Positions 15,380-35,197 of a DNA stretch of 64,000 nucleotides are shown piece by piece. Positions within the stretch are counted from its first letter, which is position 1. The number at the start of each line of letters is the position of its first letter. The position numbers and the translations under genes were made by a program. Below the pieces are notes generated by a model. It did not search any database, was not told the origin of the DNA, and saw nothing but the letters and a program-made list of their open reading frames with translations. The stretch is from contig CP068257.2 of assembly GCA_009914755.4 (NCBI GenBank), forward strand, positions 6,976,001 through 7,040,000, given 5' to 3'. The stretch comes from the human T2T-CHM13v2.0 reference genome, Homo sapiens.

Positions 15380-17238
15380 TTACTCTCACATATAATTGTT
15401 TTTAAATCATGTAAATTCTAAACAAACTTCTGAAGGTATAATTACACAAATTCTTAGCAATCGCAAAAGTAGATGACTGGGCTACTGTGTCATTTTTCTA
15501 CCTGTGTTTTGTTGATAATATGCAAAATTTAGGAATAATGTAGAAAAATGATGTATGTCAATATAGCTTACAGATGAAACTTTTTTGGCTTCACAAAGAC
15601 ATACTTATCATAACTGATACAATTTTCATACTACAGTGCTCTTTTGCTTTATAAATACTCAAGTTATTTTGTGTGCTGCTTCAAATTTTACTTTTGTGCA
15701 TCGCCTTCCATCTCCTTAGTACATCTTATAGTAGCTGTAAGTTGATCCTGTATTTCTTGAAACTAAAACAAAGAATTAAAAAAAATTACATTTGGAAATG
15801 ACCTAAATGTCCATCAGTAGATGAATGAATCAACAAAATATATATAAAATATTTTAGACTATCACAATCTTTTTTATTTAAAAAAGGTCAGAATCTAGGA
15901 TAAATCATCCCATTACCTGTTTTTTGTAATTAATTTTAGTGGGACACTGCCACACCCCTTCAATCTGCATATTGTTCGTGGCTACTTTTGTGCTATAACT
16001 GCAGGGCTGAGTTATTGCAACAGTGATATTATGGCTCACAAAGCCTTAAATAATACTATCTGGCCCTTTACAGAAAAGTTCACAGACCCCTGCTCTAAGA
16101 CTAAAACACAACATTCTTCTTGCTCTTGAATTACATTTTATCAGTTAAATACTCAAACTTGCAAACTGGTAAAATGTGGAAAGATAAAGGATTACCTCAT
16201 GCTAAGCATTTATATTTTGAATTCCAAACACTACCACATCAACTATAATTTTATTTTTTGTATGTATGCATTTAGTTTTATTATAGCAAAGCAACTTGCA
16301 CATTTTTAAATATTTAAAACTAAGCGTCATCTTTCCTTTCTAGGGAAACAACAAGAAAATTTAAAAACAAGCAGGAACAAAATTAAAATCGACAAAGTCA
16401 GTTCCAAATAAGATCCTACAGGATCTTATTGACTCTCCCATTGAATAGCAGGACTCAAGTCATCATTAGGAGAGAAGTAATTTAAAAGCGTCATCTTATA
16501 CTGCAAAGATGTCCATTAAACATGCCAAAGGAGAAACCTTGTTGTCTAAATGCCCACTTAACCAACCCGAACATCTCAAACTCATCCTTTGCTGACCTTA
16601 TATAACCCCCTTTTTAGTTTAGCTTTTTCTATAAATAAGAGAAAATAGATACATGTTGGCAAATGCTAACTGTCCATATTCATATAGAGACAAAATGTGC
16701 TCTCTGAGCCCAATAGAAAGAGAGTAAGGATTTTCATCAAAATAAAAATTTATTCAGTAAAATGGCCTTTCTGAACAAGTTAACCTGAAATCTATGAAAT
16801 AAGTACACACAAGTTCTTTATACATTCAGAAAAGTAGAGACTAAAAATAAGATAATTTTCTGAAACATTCCATTAGACATTGTCCTCTGAATTAATCTGG
16901 CTTGCCTCACCATGCCAACAGAGAAATCATTAAAAATAGACTGTTTAACAGGTAAAAAAAAAAAAAACTCTGTCAACTTCTGTGAGAAATGATGCATAAT
17001 TCTCAACTTTCCTAAGGTTAAATATTTAAGAAAAAAATATGTATAAAAAATGGCAGAATAAAAGAGATTAAGATATAGGTGCATTATAATAAAATTTTAA
17101 TAAAATTAATAATAAGGAAAATACAAAAGAAAGCCATCCACTATAAAATTTTAATAAAATTAATTATAATAAAAATACAAAAGAAAGCCATCCACTAAAA
17201 TTAGTACCCCAAAACACTTTATATTAGTTAACTAGCTA

Positions 17239-17406
<168 letters not shown>

Positions 17407-18813
17407 TCATTGAAGCTGTCTCACAGCTACCTGATGTTATTTTTGTTACTGATTTTACAAATCACATTATTAAACCATTAATAATATTTAACTCTAAAGC
17501 ATACACTTTGAAAAATATCACCACACAGATCGATTCACCTTCTTTTCCTCATGTGTACACATTCCTGTGTATTACTGAATCCAGTTAAGGATACAGAAGG
17601 TGTTATCTTCCTTCCAAACTGGTATTGTTATTCACACAACATATTCAGCCCACTAGTCATTCCTCCCCTGATGAATCTGCAATGCTTAAAAACCTGAAGT
17701 CTCAAAAAGAAATGAGTATGTGGTTGAGACCGATGGTAGTAAATTATACATTGTGGAATGATTTTTCTCTTTCTTTTTGTTAGAAACTCAAATCAACCTC
17801 AGAGTTCCTCACATTAAATCATCTGCTTAAATGCTTCCAATAGATGTCTATCTCAGAAGAAAAGTAAAATTACAGTGGCCTTAGATGCTCTAAGTAACCT
17901 GTCCTCCACCGCTCACCCTGACTCAGCTGCTATATCTCTCCTCCCTACTCACTCCATTCCTACTCTGAGTCCTGCCACTCCTCGTTAGTCTGAAATCCTC
18001 CTTAGTCTGAAAATGGGGATGCAGTGTCAAACTAATAAATCACAGATAGCTATGCCTCTTTTTGTCCTGGACAAAGTTATATCCAAATGATAGTAATTGA
18101 GCCTTGAAATAAAAATTAGGAGCAAATTTTTTATTTAAAAATGAAAGTAAATTATAAATGCCAGTGGGAAGATTAAATCAAATATGATTTGGCTAAAATT
18201 TACTACTTCATTTTCCCCATATTATAAGTAAAATTAGATGCCTTTGAAAATAGAATGATCATATCTATACATAACTTGAGATTGAAATAGTTTCAGATTT
18301 AAGTCAAACTGACATGAAGAAGAACAAAATTTTACCAACTAAGACATATTTAAAGCTACTGAAGGAAAGTAATTATGAAATAGGTAATACACTTCAGCTC
18401 ATCTAGGAAATCTGAAATTAACTGTCAAAGTACCCCAATTTATTGAATCAACTTCAAAATACCATTTTAGGTATGAGCATTTCCATATATCTGATTTATC
18501 ATGGTCTTAAAATGTTGCAACATAAATACATTAAAATTATTATTTCAGTAGTATGACTATATTATTACTATTAGTCTATATTAACATTTTATAACTTAAA
18601 ATTTTATAAGTGACACATTGACTTTAATCAGAGGAAAACATCTCTCAGATCTAACTTTGACTTGTTGGAAACAAGGAATGTTTCTAAGCAGATATATTTA
18701 TCATATGTATCCTTTTTTATATTCAACTAGATCCAACATTCAGCTGTAACCAAATATTACTTTAAATTGTGCTTCAGGAAGTTTGAAAAATACTTATTTT
18801 TCGTGATACTTAC

Positions 18814-19729
<916 letters not shown>

Positions 19730-20683
19730 CTAAATAAAACAAAGAAAACTTGTAACTAGTATCCAATAGGATAACATATTGTGATTGTTTCTGAAATTAA
19801 ATAATAACCCGTACATTTATACAATGAGAGGTTGCCATAACTGTATATCTAAATGGGAAAAAAGAAGTTGAGTCAAAACCTCAAACCTCATATGGCATAA
19901 ATTCCCCAAAGTTCAAAAGTTTATTTGAAGACAGTGAATCCATGAAAGCAAAAAAGAAACCACTAGATAATTTTTTTAAATTTCAGGATGAAAAAAGGCT
20001 TTTACTGAATTACAACAATTTGCAAGGCATGAAGAATTAATAACTATGACCACATTAAAAAATTGTGTTTACACTCTGACATCTAAACTATACCTCTCCC
20101 TGTAGTGAGAGCCTTAGCTTAGCAGACATTTGGACAGATGAATGACATTTTCCAAATTCTTTAAGCTCACTTTTTCTAAAATATTGTCTAGATATTCTAC
20201 TTTTCTAATATTTTTATGGTCAGTTTTAAGAATGATATTTATTGATAAATGATAAGTCTAGGCATTGTACTAAGCACTTTTACACACACAAATCAATGAA
20301 CTCATTTAGTTATAATTCTATAGCAAAAGGTTAAAAATATAAGGAAGCTGCAGGATTTTTCCCAGCTTTTCTGACTCTACTCCTAGTGCTCTTCCACCAA
20401 ATCAATAACTTCTGTGAGGTAGATACATACATACAAAAATAATCTTCTATTTCAAGACACCAAAAGTCAAGAAAATTAAATTTATATAGCTCTTTTTAGA
20501 AAATCATGAGATTATTTACTATTGTGATAACTTTTATTTCTTTTCCATAACATTTGAAACGTAATTAACATGAAATAGAGGAAAATATGCTGAACTATGT
20601 CACTAGGAACAAAATACTTACAATATCATTAAGTATATATTATAGAATAGCATTGTTTTCATAAGGCTTTTGAACTAAAATAA

Positions 20684-21049
<366 letters not shown>

Positions 21050-21176
21050 CACCATGATTCATTTTTAAGATGAAATAAAATTTGGGGACTGTTTAGGTCT
21101 AAATAATATACATTAAATGAAAGAGATATTGTAAGTAATATTAATGAGTAGAAATATGAAGTTTTACCAAGCATTA

Positions 21177-21383
<207 letters not shown>

Positions 21384-22846
21384 TTAGAATTTATCTTATC
21401 AGTGAGGACTAAGCTCTAATTTTTTATCTTGCCCAAATTCCTACCTAAGGGGTCCAGGGAGTCATGCTCTACAAACCATGGATTCTCATCAGATGGGTTT
21501 TATTTGACCCTGTATATTGTGACTTGCTTTTCAATCTGACTCTGGCATAACATTATGAGACAAGGAAGAAAATATTTAATCCAAAATATATTTCCTTGCC
21601 ATGCCTTGAAATTGCCCTGCAAAGTCTCTTGTGGGAAAAATCCACATTCTATAGAGTACCCCCTTTCCCCTTTGTTTTCCTTCCTTTCTATGCAGATCCA
21701 GGGGATAATCAGCTAACAGCCAGGCACCCTTTTGGGTCCGATAAGAAACATTTTACAACTGCTCTCTCTGAAGTCTGCTGAGAGATTTCTCTGCACAATA
21801 AAACTTGGTCTCCACAATCATTTATCTTAACCTGAACATTTCTTTCCATTAATCCCAGCTCTTCAAATAAACTCAACCAATTGTCAACGAGAAAATGTTT
21901 AAATTTACCTATAGCCTGGAAGCCCCAGCTTTGAGTTGGCCTGCCTTTCTGAACCAAACCAATGTATTTCTTAAATGTATTTGATTGATGTCTCATGCCT
22001 CCCTAAAATGAATAAAACCAAGCTGCGCACCGACCACCTTGGGAACATGTTCTCAGGACCTCCTGAGGGCTGTGTCAGGGGCCACGGTCACTCATATTTG
22101 GCTCAGAATAAATCTCTTCAAATATCTTACAGAGTTTGACTCTCTTTGTTGATATTAGAAAACATTCGTACGTTGGTTTATTATCCTAATGAAATTTCTA
22201 TGTTCTTAAATATTATTTTTCTTTCTAGTTCTCATGTTTTTAGTTTCTCACCTCAATCTCATCCAAAGGACATGTGTAAGTTGAAATGTATTGATAAAAG
22301 AACAACCTGCATATGTTTCTGTTACTAGTAACTCCAGCAAATAGTATGAAAAAGGATGTTGAAAATTATTCAGTAAAGTTACAAGATAAAAATTATCTTT
22401 TCTTCACACAGTAATTACTTCTCAGTTAGGATGAATCATTTAGTTAATTAACATAAAGTTACTTTTATAAACAAGTTGATACATTCACTAGAAATACATT
22501 TTCATCTTCATGAAACATTCATTGCAAGTATCCCTAAACATAATTTATATTGTAAGATAGCATTTTTGATGTCTTTATGAAACATATCTACAGATTATTG
22601 TAATCCAAGACTAGTTTAAGAATGTAATATGTTACCCTACACTTTTTAAGATTTTTTTTGGGTAACACTTCCAGTCTATCCTATTGATTAGTATGTATTT
22701 TATAACCAATTTTAAAATATGTCTTGGAACAACACAAGATCTAATATTTAATTAAACAATAAAGAATAATACATGTCTTCAGCATAAAACTGAATTAATT
22801 TTATCTACATAGCAGAGACAGAGATGTTGAATAAGCTAATCAGTAA

Positions 22847-23196
<350 letters not shown>

Positions 23197-23669
23197 TAGT
23201 TTTTAAAATAATTATTCTGTGTAAAGAAAAATATCTGTTTTATACTCTGTTGGTTGAATTATAAATTAATATAAACATTCTTAAGAACAATTTAGAAATA
23301 TTGATCAAAGATCTAAAACAGATCTAAAAAAGTGTCTATACTTTAACCAGAAGAATTTATCCAAGGTAAATAATTAGAAATGTAGAAAACTATGTGTATA
23401 TAAAAGATGTTCCTTGTAGCATTATTACAAAAACTTTTTAAAACCTAAAATTCAATTCATCAATTAAATAATGAGATTTCCAAAGCATAAAATTCTATAC
23501 AGCCATTAAAACTATGATTTAAAAGAATATGCATTTAATTATTAGAGAAGTATTCACAATTAAGAACTAGTGATATTATATCCAATAATTTCACACTCTA
23601 TAAGATTAAGAAGCTTTCTTCCTTGTTAAATCCTAGAAGGAAAGTTCATAATTACAAAACCTCTCCTTA

Positions 23670-23882
<213 letters not shown>

Positions 23883-24324
23883 CTATTCATCTTTTACACA
23901 AACAAAATGTATTTTTAATTTTCAATAGGTGAACACAATCTGTAACTGGGAAAAAGCAAAGTAGAAATAAAATACATGAGTAGATTTCTGGATATAAAGG
24001 ACCGTGCATTTTTAACATTCAGACACTGAACAAGTATGAACATATTGAGTGCCTACAAGGTGGAAGATATTATAATAAGCTCTGAAGATAAGACAACACT
24101 TCTGCTATTATTTTAGCTTAAAGTATAACGAAGAACCAAGATAAAAAGATGACAGTTATAAACTCAGATGGGTCCTGTAAAAAAAACACAAACCATAGTT
24201 ATATGATTGCATAAGATAATTTGATCTATACTTCACCCAGGGAAGATTTCCGTGAGGAAGAGATGCTACACTGAGAAATGAAGGATGAGAAAGAAGCAGT
24301 TAAGCAAAGAGGAAAGAAAAGCAC

Positions 24325-24407
24325 TCTGGCCAGTTTGCAGCATGTGCTGTGCTGAAGCTCTGCTACAATCTGTTACTAGCTCTGATGTAGTAACAGATAC
24401 TGATTTT
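24325..24407 (-). pseudogene. Candidate upstream exon: (D)EKSVSVTTSELVTDCSRASAQHMLQTGQ, weakly alignable to ANKRD30A DKISGKLEDSTSLSKILDTVHSCERARELQ
   Basis: Open frame between acceptor candidates (cattcag / ataag) and a weak donor (CCAGA|gtgctt) that leaves 1 nt to complete AAA with the next exon; exact boundaries uncertain. Confidence 0.3.
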
Positions 24408-26114
24408 TCATCTTATCTGAATGAATAAAAACAAAACAGACAAAATACATTAAACAATGATTTTCAATACAGTGGACTTCAGGCAATGAGGATGGTAGGT
24501 GATCACTGAAAGACAGAAAATATAGCAGGCATTACAAATGTCCCAGCTCTTTTGACAGAGTTTTAACAGAGGTTCGAGGCCATGAAAAAGGGAGAAAATC
24601 TGACATAGAGCTGGGGTGATGAAGCTGAGAGGCTAGGAAAACCAAAGCAGATAGAGATCACAGGACAGAAAACTGGAGAGAAAAGAGCAGTACAGGAAAC
24701 AAATCCTGGAGGTGTGCAGAGATTCCCTCCTGTGTATTTAGTGGAGTAATGAAAAGTGCTTGTGTGCTAGGAAACTTCCTAAGAACAATGGAAAATAAAA
24801 TTTAAAAAAAGTTAAAGAAAATTAGCAGAAACTATGTCTGGGGTTCACACAATGACTGGAAGAGCGTCCATTCCCATGAGCCAGGCCAAAATACCACATA
24901 CTTCACAGGACAATGAATATTCAGAAAGGTCTTGCCTCAGGAGTGAGGAATTACCCCAAATCTAAAAGCAAGCATGGAAAGATTTTAAGTAAATCTCTGT
25001 ACTCCAAATAAAACTCAAGACAATAAGTGGAAGCAGGGAAGTTTTTTTTTTTAAAAAAACAAACAAACCATACTTGCAGAGATGCAAATTACATTGTCAG
25101 AAGTAAAAACTATAGTGGATGGAAATAAACACAAATTAGAGATAACAAAGGAAAAATTCCTAAATTTGACACAATAAACTGCAAGAAACTTTCAAGCAGC
25201 TCACAGATAACTCCCCAAATAAAAAAGAAGAGACAGAAAAAAAATTAAAGAAAAAATGGCCCAAAATATTCTAACGCTTAATACAAACCATAATCTCACA
25301 GATTCAGGAAGGAAGTGTCTGGGACAGAAAAAAATGAAAATGTATCATTGTAATTTTTATACCATCTATGATGTATAATATTACTGAAGGTGAACTGTGA
25401 TAAGTTAAAATTATATACTAAAAATCCTAAACACTAAGATAGCAAAACAGTTATCGCTAATAAACCCAAAAATATATATAAAATTGAATCGTAAAAAACA
25501 GTTGACTAATCTAAAAGAAAGCAGGAAAAGAAGGGGAACAAAGAACAGTTGGGACTAATAGCAATCAAACAGCTACTAGACAAACATAACTGTATCAATA
25601 GTCACATTATAAATGACACTTGTCTAAGAACCTCAACTATAATACAGACTGTCAGGCTCAGCAAGAAAGCAAGACCCAACTGCAGGCTGCCTATAAGAAA
25701 TGCACTTTAAATGTAAAGACACAAATTGGTTGTAAGGATGGAAAAAGATACATGCTAACAGTTGCCAAAGGCAGCTGAGCAGGAGTGGCTGTATTAATAA
25801 CAAAGTAGATTTCATAGCAAAAAAAAAAAATTCTAGCAATAAATAACAAATGTCATGTCACAATAGTAAAAGGTTCAGTTAATCAACAAAACATAACAAT
25901 CCTAAGTCTTTATGCCCCTAATAACAAACCAGCCTCACAATATATGAGACCAAAGTGGCCATAATTTGAATTGACTTTTAAAGCAAAACAAATATTTTAC
26001 AGTGTCAAAATTGATCTCTTTAAATCGCTAAAAACTATTGAAATTCCAAATTGGAAACTTCAGAGTATCAAAATGTAAAAGTAGAAACATCTGAATAAAA
26101 CCTTATATTTTTAG

Positions 26115-26150
26115 GCCAGGCACGGTGGTTCACGCCTGTGAACCATTTTA
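26115..26150 (+). mobile_element. Truncated Alu 5' fragment (about 35 bp) at the left boundary of repeat array A
   Basis: ggccaggcacggtggttcacgcctgtgaacc joined abruptly to array-unit sequence. Confidence 0.6.
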
Positions 26151-27036
26151 AGAGTCAGTTGATGAACTCAACATTATAGTTGTTTTTGTCTCGTTAGGAG
26201 GATCATGCTATCCTCTAAATCATATTCATTAAATAGCTATTTTAGCCATGAGATAGCACTTGGATGAATGAAGCCAATGTATTGATATTCAAGTTTATCT
26301 AATTTTTATAACAGAAATCAACAAAAGATATGTCTTATGCCTAATAGTAACGAAGAGAAGTAATTAGTCAATGTGGTTTATCCCAATTCTAGCTTTCTTT
26401 GCTTCATCCAGTAGTTCCTGGAGCTGCCAAAATCAAATCCTTTTTGTGTAAACATGCTAAATGCATCTGAAGTGAGTTGACTCAGGTTTCCTCAGCAGAA
26501 AACCCAAAATTACATAAATAACTTCTTCTTTTCCCTCCTTCCTGCCTCACAATCCCTCTTGCTAGAGTAAAATAATTGCTACATCAGTGGTCTCATTGGT
26601 TCTCGTTCCACAATTTTACTTGTTATTACAATAACTTTTCCGTCTGTTTTTAGCAATACTATGTGACGTCTGTAAAATCTATACTTCAACTCATTCTCCT
26701 TCAACCCTTGGTGAAAACATGCTGTAGAATTAAAGCAAAATTATGCTGTCCCCTGATCCCCTTATGTCTTGATCTGCTCTCCAATGTTTCTTCTTCCCAA
26801 TTTCAATGTGGGGAAGTGTATAATATTACTGCGAAGATCATGTTCCAGATCAGCAGCATCAGCATCACCCGAGAATTTATTACAAATGAAGAATCTCAGG
26901 TCTGCTGAATCAGAAAGTGCAGCTTCGACGAGCCCCGCCCCGCTGATTTATTCGGGGAAGAGAAGTTCTTTTCTAAATGATTGAAAATGACATTAAATGT
27001 GTTTTGCAAAATTACCTGTCCCACATGGTAGTGCAT

Positions 27037-28718
<1,682 letters not shown>

Positions 28719-28786
28719 TTATCAATAAATAAAGAATGTTTCAAAGACCATACAGTTACTAATAAAAAATATAAAGGAGAGTTTAC

Positions 28787-28815
28787 CTTCTCAGCTGGTT
28801 GTTTCTGAGAAGACA
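28787..28815 (-). CDS. 29-nt repeated micro-exon: (x)SSQKQPAEK, unit A1
   Basis: Minus strand cttttcag|TGTCTTCTCAGAAACAACCAGCTGAGAAG|gtaaac. The same exon with conserved splice sites is found in 5 other units; frame a is open in all copies. Confidence 0.5.
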
Positions 28816-30486
28816 CTGAAAAGCAAAAGGGATACATAATCACTCATATGTACACATGATAAATTTATCCATACATCATGCATTGTTATTATCAAGCTGT
28901 ATCTTCCTGCCTGCACTAGTGTAGGCTTTGATGTTTCCTACTTTTTGTCTGGAGACTGGAACACGACAGAAATACACTGAAAAAAAAGGAATACAGGCTT
29001 CACAAAATATACCCTTACAATTTCAAACATGGTATGATTCGTGATATGTCTAAAACTAAAATAAAACCGTGTCAATATCAATGTGGACATGCTGAGTGAT
29101 GAGGACAAATCAGAGGAGTAACTCACACACCTGAGAATCAATGTCAAAGCAGGTGGTACATGACCCAGTATGTCTTCCTTGCAAGAAATTAGAAGGATTT
29201 ACACCATTATACTACAAACGTTCATCGTGCCCTTTAACTTGACCAATAAGTAGAACATACACAATTACAATGACAATTCAGTTAAATGTACATTTCATGT
29301 CTCTTCAGTGGAAGTGTCCTAAGTTGATCACCTTGGACATATGTTTCCTGAAACCTAGTAGATAATATTCATTATTTCTCACACCCATGTGGTGTAATAA
29401 TTTGCCTAAGTTTCTTGTATCCACTAGCTTAGCCTTCTGAAAGTTTCTTCATCCACTCATGGCACCAAAGGATAATATATTAGCCTCAATAAAAATATCA
29501 TCAATTACCGATGTTAACATACTTCTACAAAGTAAAACTGCTACAAGCATTAGATATTGATAAGTTTTACACTCAGAAATCACCCCAGTATTCATTGAAA
29601 ATGACCACTTTAGGAGTTAATTAGAATTCAACATCATTTTTGTTTCTAAAATAGCCTTGTTGGGATTATCATGTTATTCTCTAAAGAAGTTTTGTGAAAT
29701 AGCTATTTTATCCAAGAGGTAGCTCCTTGAACAAGGAAGCCAATGTATTCATATGCAAGTTTATCTCATTTTTATAATTAAAATCAACAAAACATGTATC
29801 TCTGATGCCTAATAGTAACAAAGAGGAGTAATGAGTCACTGTGGTTTATCCCGATTCTAGCATTGTTTCCTGCTTCCAGTATTTCTTGGAGCAGCCAAAA
29901 TCAAATCTTCTTTAATGCAAATATTCCAAATGCATCTGAAATGAGTTCACTCAGGTTTCCTCAGCAGAAACCCCAAAATTACATAAATACTGTCTTCTTT
30001 TTCCTCCTTCCTGTCTCACAATCCCTCTTCCTTGAGGAAAATAATTGCTCCATCAGTGGTCTTCTTAGTTCTCATTCTACAGTGTTTGTGGAGTTATTCA
30101 GATCACTTGTCCCTCTGTTTATAACAATACGATATGATGCCTATAATATCTATTACTTCATCTCGTTCTCTTTCCCCTCTTGATGGAAACATGCTGTAGA
30201 ATTAAAGCAAAATTATGCTGCTCCCTTAGCCTGGTATGTGTTGAACTGCTCTCCAATGGTTCTTCTTCCCAATTTCAATGTAGGGAAGTCTATAATCTTA
30301 CTACTCAGATCATGGCCAAGGACCAGCAGCATCAGGGTCACCTGAGAACTCACTACAAATGAACAATCTCAGGCATACTGAATCAGAACGTGCAGCTTAG
30401 ATGAACTCTCCACTGATTTATTTGGAGAAGGGACGTTCTCTTCTATCTTGATTGAACGTGACATTAGATGTGTTTTGCAAAATTAC

Positions 30487-30559
30487 CTGTCCCAGATATT
30501 GGTCCCCCCTTTATTTCTGTGGCTGTATTTGAAACAGAATATTTCTCATTACTTGTAGC
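30487..30559 (-). CDS. 73-nt repeated exon: ATSNEKYSVSNTATEIKGGPISGT (phase 0 start), unit A2; resembles ANKRD30A ATSGKFEQSAEETPREITSPAKE
   Basis: Minus strand cccattcag|GCTACAAGT...GGGACAG|gtaatt; open in frame 1 in all paralogous copies; phase-compatible with the 29-nt exon 91 nt upstream. Confidence 0.55.
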
Positions 30560-30650
30560 CTGAATGGGATTTGAAAACAAAATAATACGTAAAGTAGGTT
30601 TCATAGACTATACAGTTAATAGTTCAACAGATAAATGAGACTTTAATTAC

Positions 30651-30679
30651 CTTCTCAGCTGGTTGTTTCTGAGAAGACA
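30651..30679 (-). CDS. 29-nt repeated micro-exon: (x)SSQKQPAEK, unit A2
   Basis: cttttgcttttcag|TGTCTTCTCAGAAACAACCAGCTGAGAAG|gtaatt on the minus strand. Confidence 0.5.
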
Positions 30680-33600
30680 CTGAAAAGCAAAAGGGTTACA
30701 TAATCAATCATATGTAAATATGATAATGTTATCCATACATTAATGCATGGATAGCATGTTAGCATCAAGTTTTATACTCCTGCCTGTATTACTGTAGGCT
30801 TTGATATTTTATACTTTGTTTCTTGGGACTAAACATGAAGGAAATACACTGAAGAAAATAGGAATACAGGCTTCAAGAAATATATACTGACAATTTCAAA
30901 TGTGATATAACTTTCTCCATATGTCTAAAACTAAAATAAAGCCATGTCAATATCAATGTGGATATGCTGAGTGTTGAGGACAAATGTGATCTAAAATCAG
31001 AGTCCAAATCATACACCTGGGAATCAACGTCAAAGCAGGTGATACATGCACCCGCGTGTCTTTCATGCAAGATATCAGAATGATTTGGAACATTTTACTG
31101 CAAACATTCATCATGTTCTTTAACTTGATCAATCAGTGAGAAGGTACACAATTATAATGACACTTTAGTTGAATGTACACTTCACATCACTTCAGTGGAA
31201 GTGTCCTAACTTAATCAGCTTGGATATATGTTTGGTGAATTATAGTATGTAATGTTCATTATTTCTCATACCCATATGGTGTAATAATGTGTCTACATCT
31301 CTTGCATCTTCTAGTTTAGCCTTCCGAAATCTTCATCCACTCATGGCAACAAGGTATAATGTATAAACTTCATCAAAAAGTATAATAAATTACCAAATTT
31401 GACATACTTATACAAAATAAAATTGCTACAAGCATTAGATATGAATAAGCTTTTACATCTGGAAATCACGCCAATATTCCTTGAAAATAACCATTTGGGA
31501 GTCAAGTAATGAATTCAACATTATTTTCACTTCTAAAATAGTCTGGTTAAATTATCATGTTATTCTCTAGAGAATTTTTATTAAGTTGCTATTTTATCCA
31601 ATAGCTCCTTGAAAAACAAAGCCAATGTATGCATATTCACGTTTATCTCATTTGAATAACCAATATCAACAAAACATATACCTCTGGTGCCCAATAGTAA
31701 CAAAGAGGAATAATGAGTCACTGTGGTTTATCCCAATTCTATCACTGTTTCCTGCTTCCAGTAGTTCCTGGAACAGCCAAAAATCAAATAATCCTTTATG
31801 CAAATATTCTGAATGCATCTGAAGTGAGTTCACTTAATCTAAGAGTTATAATTTAAAAAATCATTTTGTTTATGCTCATGAAGACTCCTGATGTTTTTAC
31901 ATTTCCTGGATTCAGCAGTTCGGCCTTCTCACCGTCTCTTCGTCCACTTTTGCAAAAACATACACATCAGTGAAATAATGTGTAATCAGATTCCTATGAA
32001 AATAAACTAAACAAAGTTTCTAAATCACTAGAGACTTCTTTTCTTATAAATAACCAACCAATACGACATAATACATATATATATATACATATGTCATGAT
32101 TGTCACCATTATTGGCAGTTATCTGTTTAGTACTCTAAAAATGCATTATTTGATTCCTTTTTTCTAAATCTAGTTTCACATGATATACCATAGGGGTCTC
32201 TCAGGTTCTTTTACAAAATAACTACACCAGCAAACACAGCTTTCCAAAAAAGAAAAACTGATGTGAACGAAGCATGTATCATTGATGTGCAAAACTTCTA
32301 GGGAGAAGAAATGAGATTCTGTGGGTCACCCTCATCCTTCTAACCTCTGTTTTCCATTAAGTGACTTCCCACAAATCTCCTCATCAGAAACCTCCAAATT
32401 ACCTAGCTAGCTGCTTTCTTTGTTTACACCTGCCTAATTTGACATACACTCTTTTTCATTCATAAATCTAATATCCATATTGGTGGACTTGATTCTTTGA
32501 CCTCTACATTCGTTTCTTCATTATTTTCACCACCACTGTAATGTGACATCTGTACAATCCCATTCTGACACATCTGAAGATAAGGTTTTGCTTTATTAAA
32601 ATGTTAAATGTGTCAAGACACTTGACTAACGTGTACAAATTCCTTCTTCACAAAAGCAGCCCCATGGCCTCCTATCTCCCATAGACACGTTCACAGCTGT
32701 TCTTCACTCACATCCGTTTGAGTATCTATCATCTCTCATTTTGTCTCTATGCTTTCACCTCATATTATGAGTTATTATCATAGGCTCAGCAGCCTATCTT
32801 ACCTATTTTCCTCTCCAGCAGACAGTACTGAGCAATAAAGTAGAATTTTCCAGGATATGAACACTTTTATGTACACAACACTTTGTGGAGCTATTTTATG
32901 TTTAACTACCCATAACACCACTATGTCTATGCTTTCCAGAGAAACAAGCTCTGAAATTTTATTGAATATAACCTATTTAAAAACTTCTTTAACTACAATG
33001 ACAGTCTCTCCTTGATGCACCAAATCTTCAGAAATAACTTGTGAAGGCTTGAAAATATGTCAGTAATTGACATGAAAAATGAAGCTTGATGTAATTTTTT
33101 GCAGGTATAAAAAAGACAAGCTGAGATCCTTACAGATCCAGGAAGAGCAAAGTACATTAGACAGGAAATAAATATGGAACAGAAACATTTTCATTTGTAA
33201 TGAAAATTCCTCTATTTACAGTTTTCAAAAGAGAAGAAAATACACACACATACACACACATACACTCACACACAAAAACCAGAGCAATATGGCTTTACAG
33301 GGTGTTTCTTCATCAAAGACCTATTTGTCATTTGATATCTGGGAACACTCTATAGGGATCAACAAAGGGGTTCTAAATTGTGACCTGAATAGTTTAGAGT
33401 TTAACATTCATGAAGGGGAGCCAAGAGGACAAGTAACACTTTGACCATTGGCCATTTCCACTCCTTACTGCTATTCTCTGAAAAGCACACACTGGATTTT
33501 CTCAGAGTTAGGACATGTCAAACAGACATGCTTTAAGGGGGAAACAGTTGCAATTAACACAGCCATGGGAGAGATACAGCTATGCTTGCTAGGATTTCCA

Positions 33601-34122
33601 ATACTTCTGTTTCATTTCTAATATAGTACAAATCAGTAAACCGAACCACGTAAGCCTATCCATGCTGGTATGTCATCATATTTAAGTCCATATGGTATCA
33701 GCATGAAGAGAGCATAATATGCTGTAGTCATCACATGGCATATCATGAGATCATACAATAAATCAAGAAATACCTCACTGGGTCAAGGTGGATAGATCTG
33801 AAATATATATCACTGATTTTACAAAGACCAAGTTGCATTCAATAAGTTCACTGCCTGAACTTTTCTACAAGTTTTTAATACACAAAATCAAGTTCTACAT
33901 GTTATCTATGAATGTGCACATATGTTGTAAGAGGTTTTTAATGTGCATTTGGGTGATTTCTTTTTACTTAATTCAAGCTCTTGGTTACATGTCGGCAGTA
34001 AGCTTTAGTATTATAGAAAACCCAAAACAGTAACAGCTCAGAATCACCATCTTAAAAGGCTGTCTACCAAAGAGTCAGGAAAGCATGACTACTTACTTTC
34101 TTCATTTTTGAAACTCAGGCGT

Positions 34123-35196
<1,074 letters not shown>

Positions 35197-35197
<1 letters not shown>

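Noticed and set aside
26663-26984. Overlapping plus-strand ORFs recurring in each 1.9-kb unit (e.g. METCCRIKAKLCC..., also at 30180, 58823, 60711)
   Set aside because: The recurrence simply reflects the tandem repeat. The frames are not consistently open across copies, and the supported coding signal in these units is on the opposite strand (the 29-nt and 73-nt exons).
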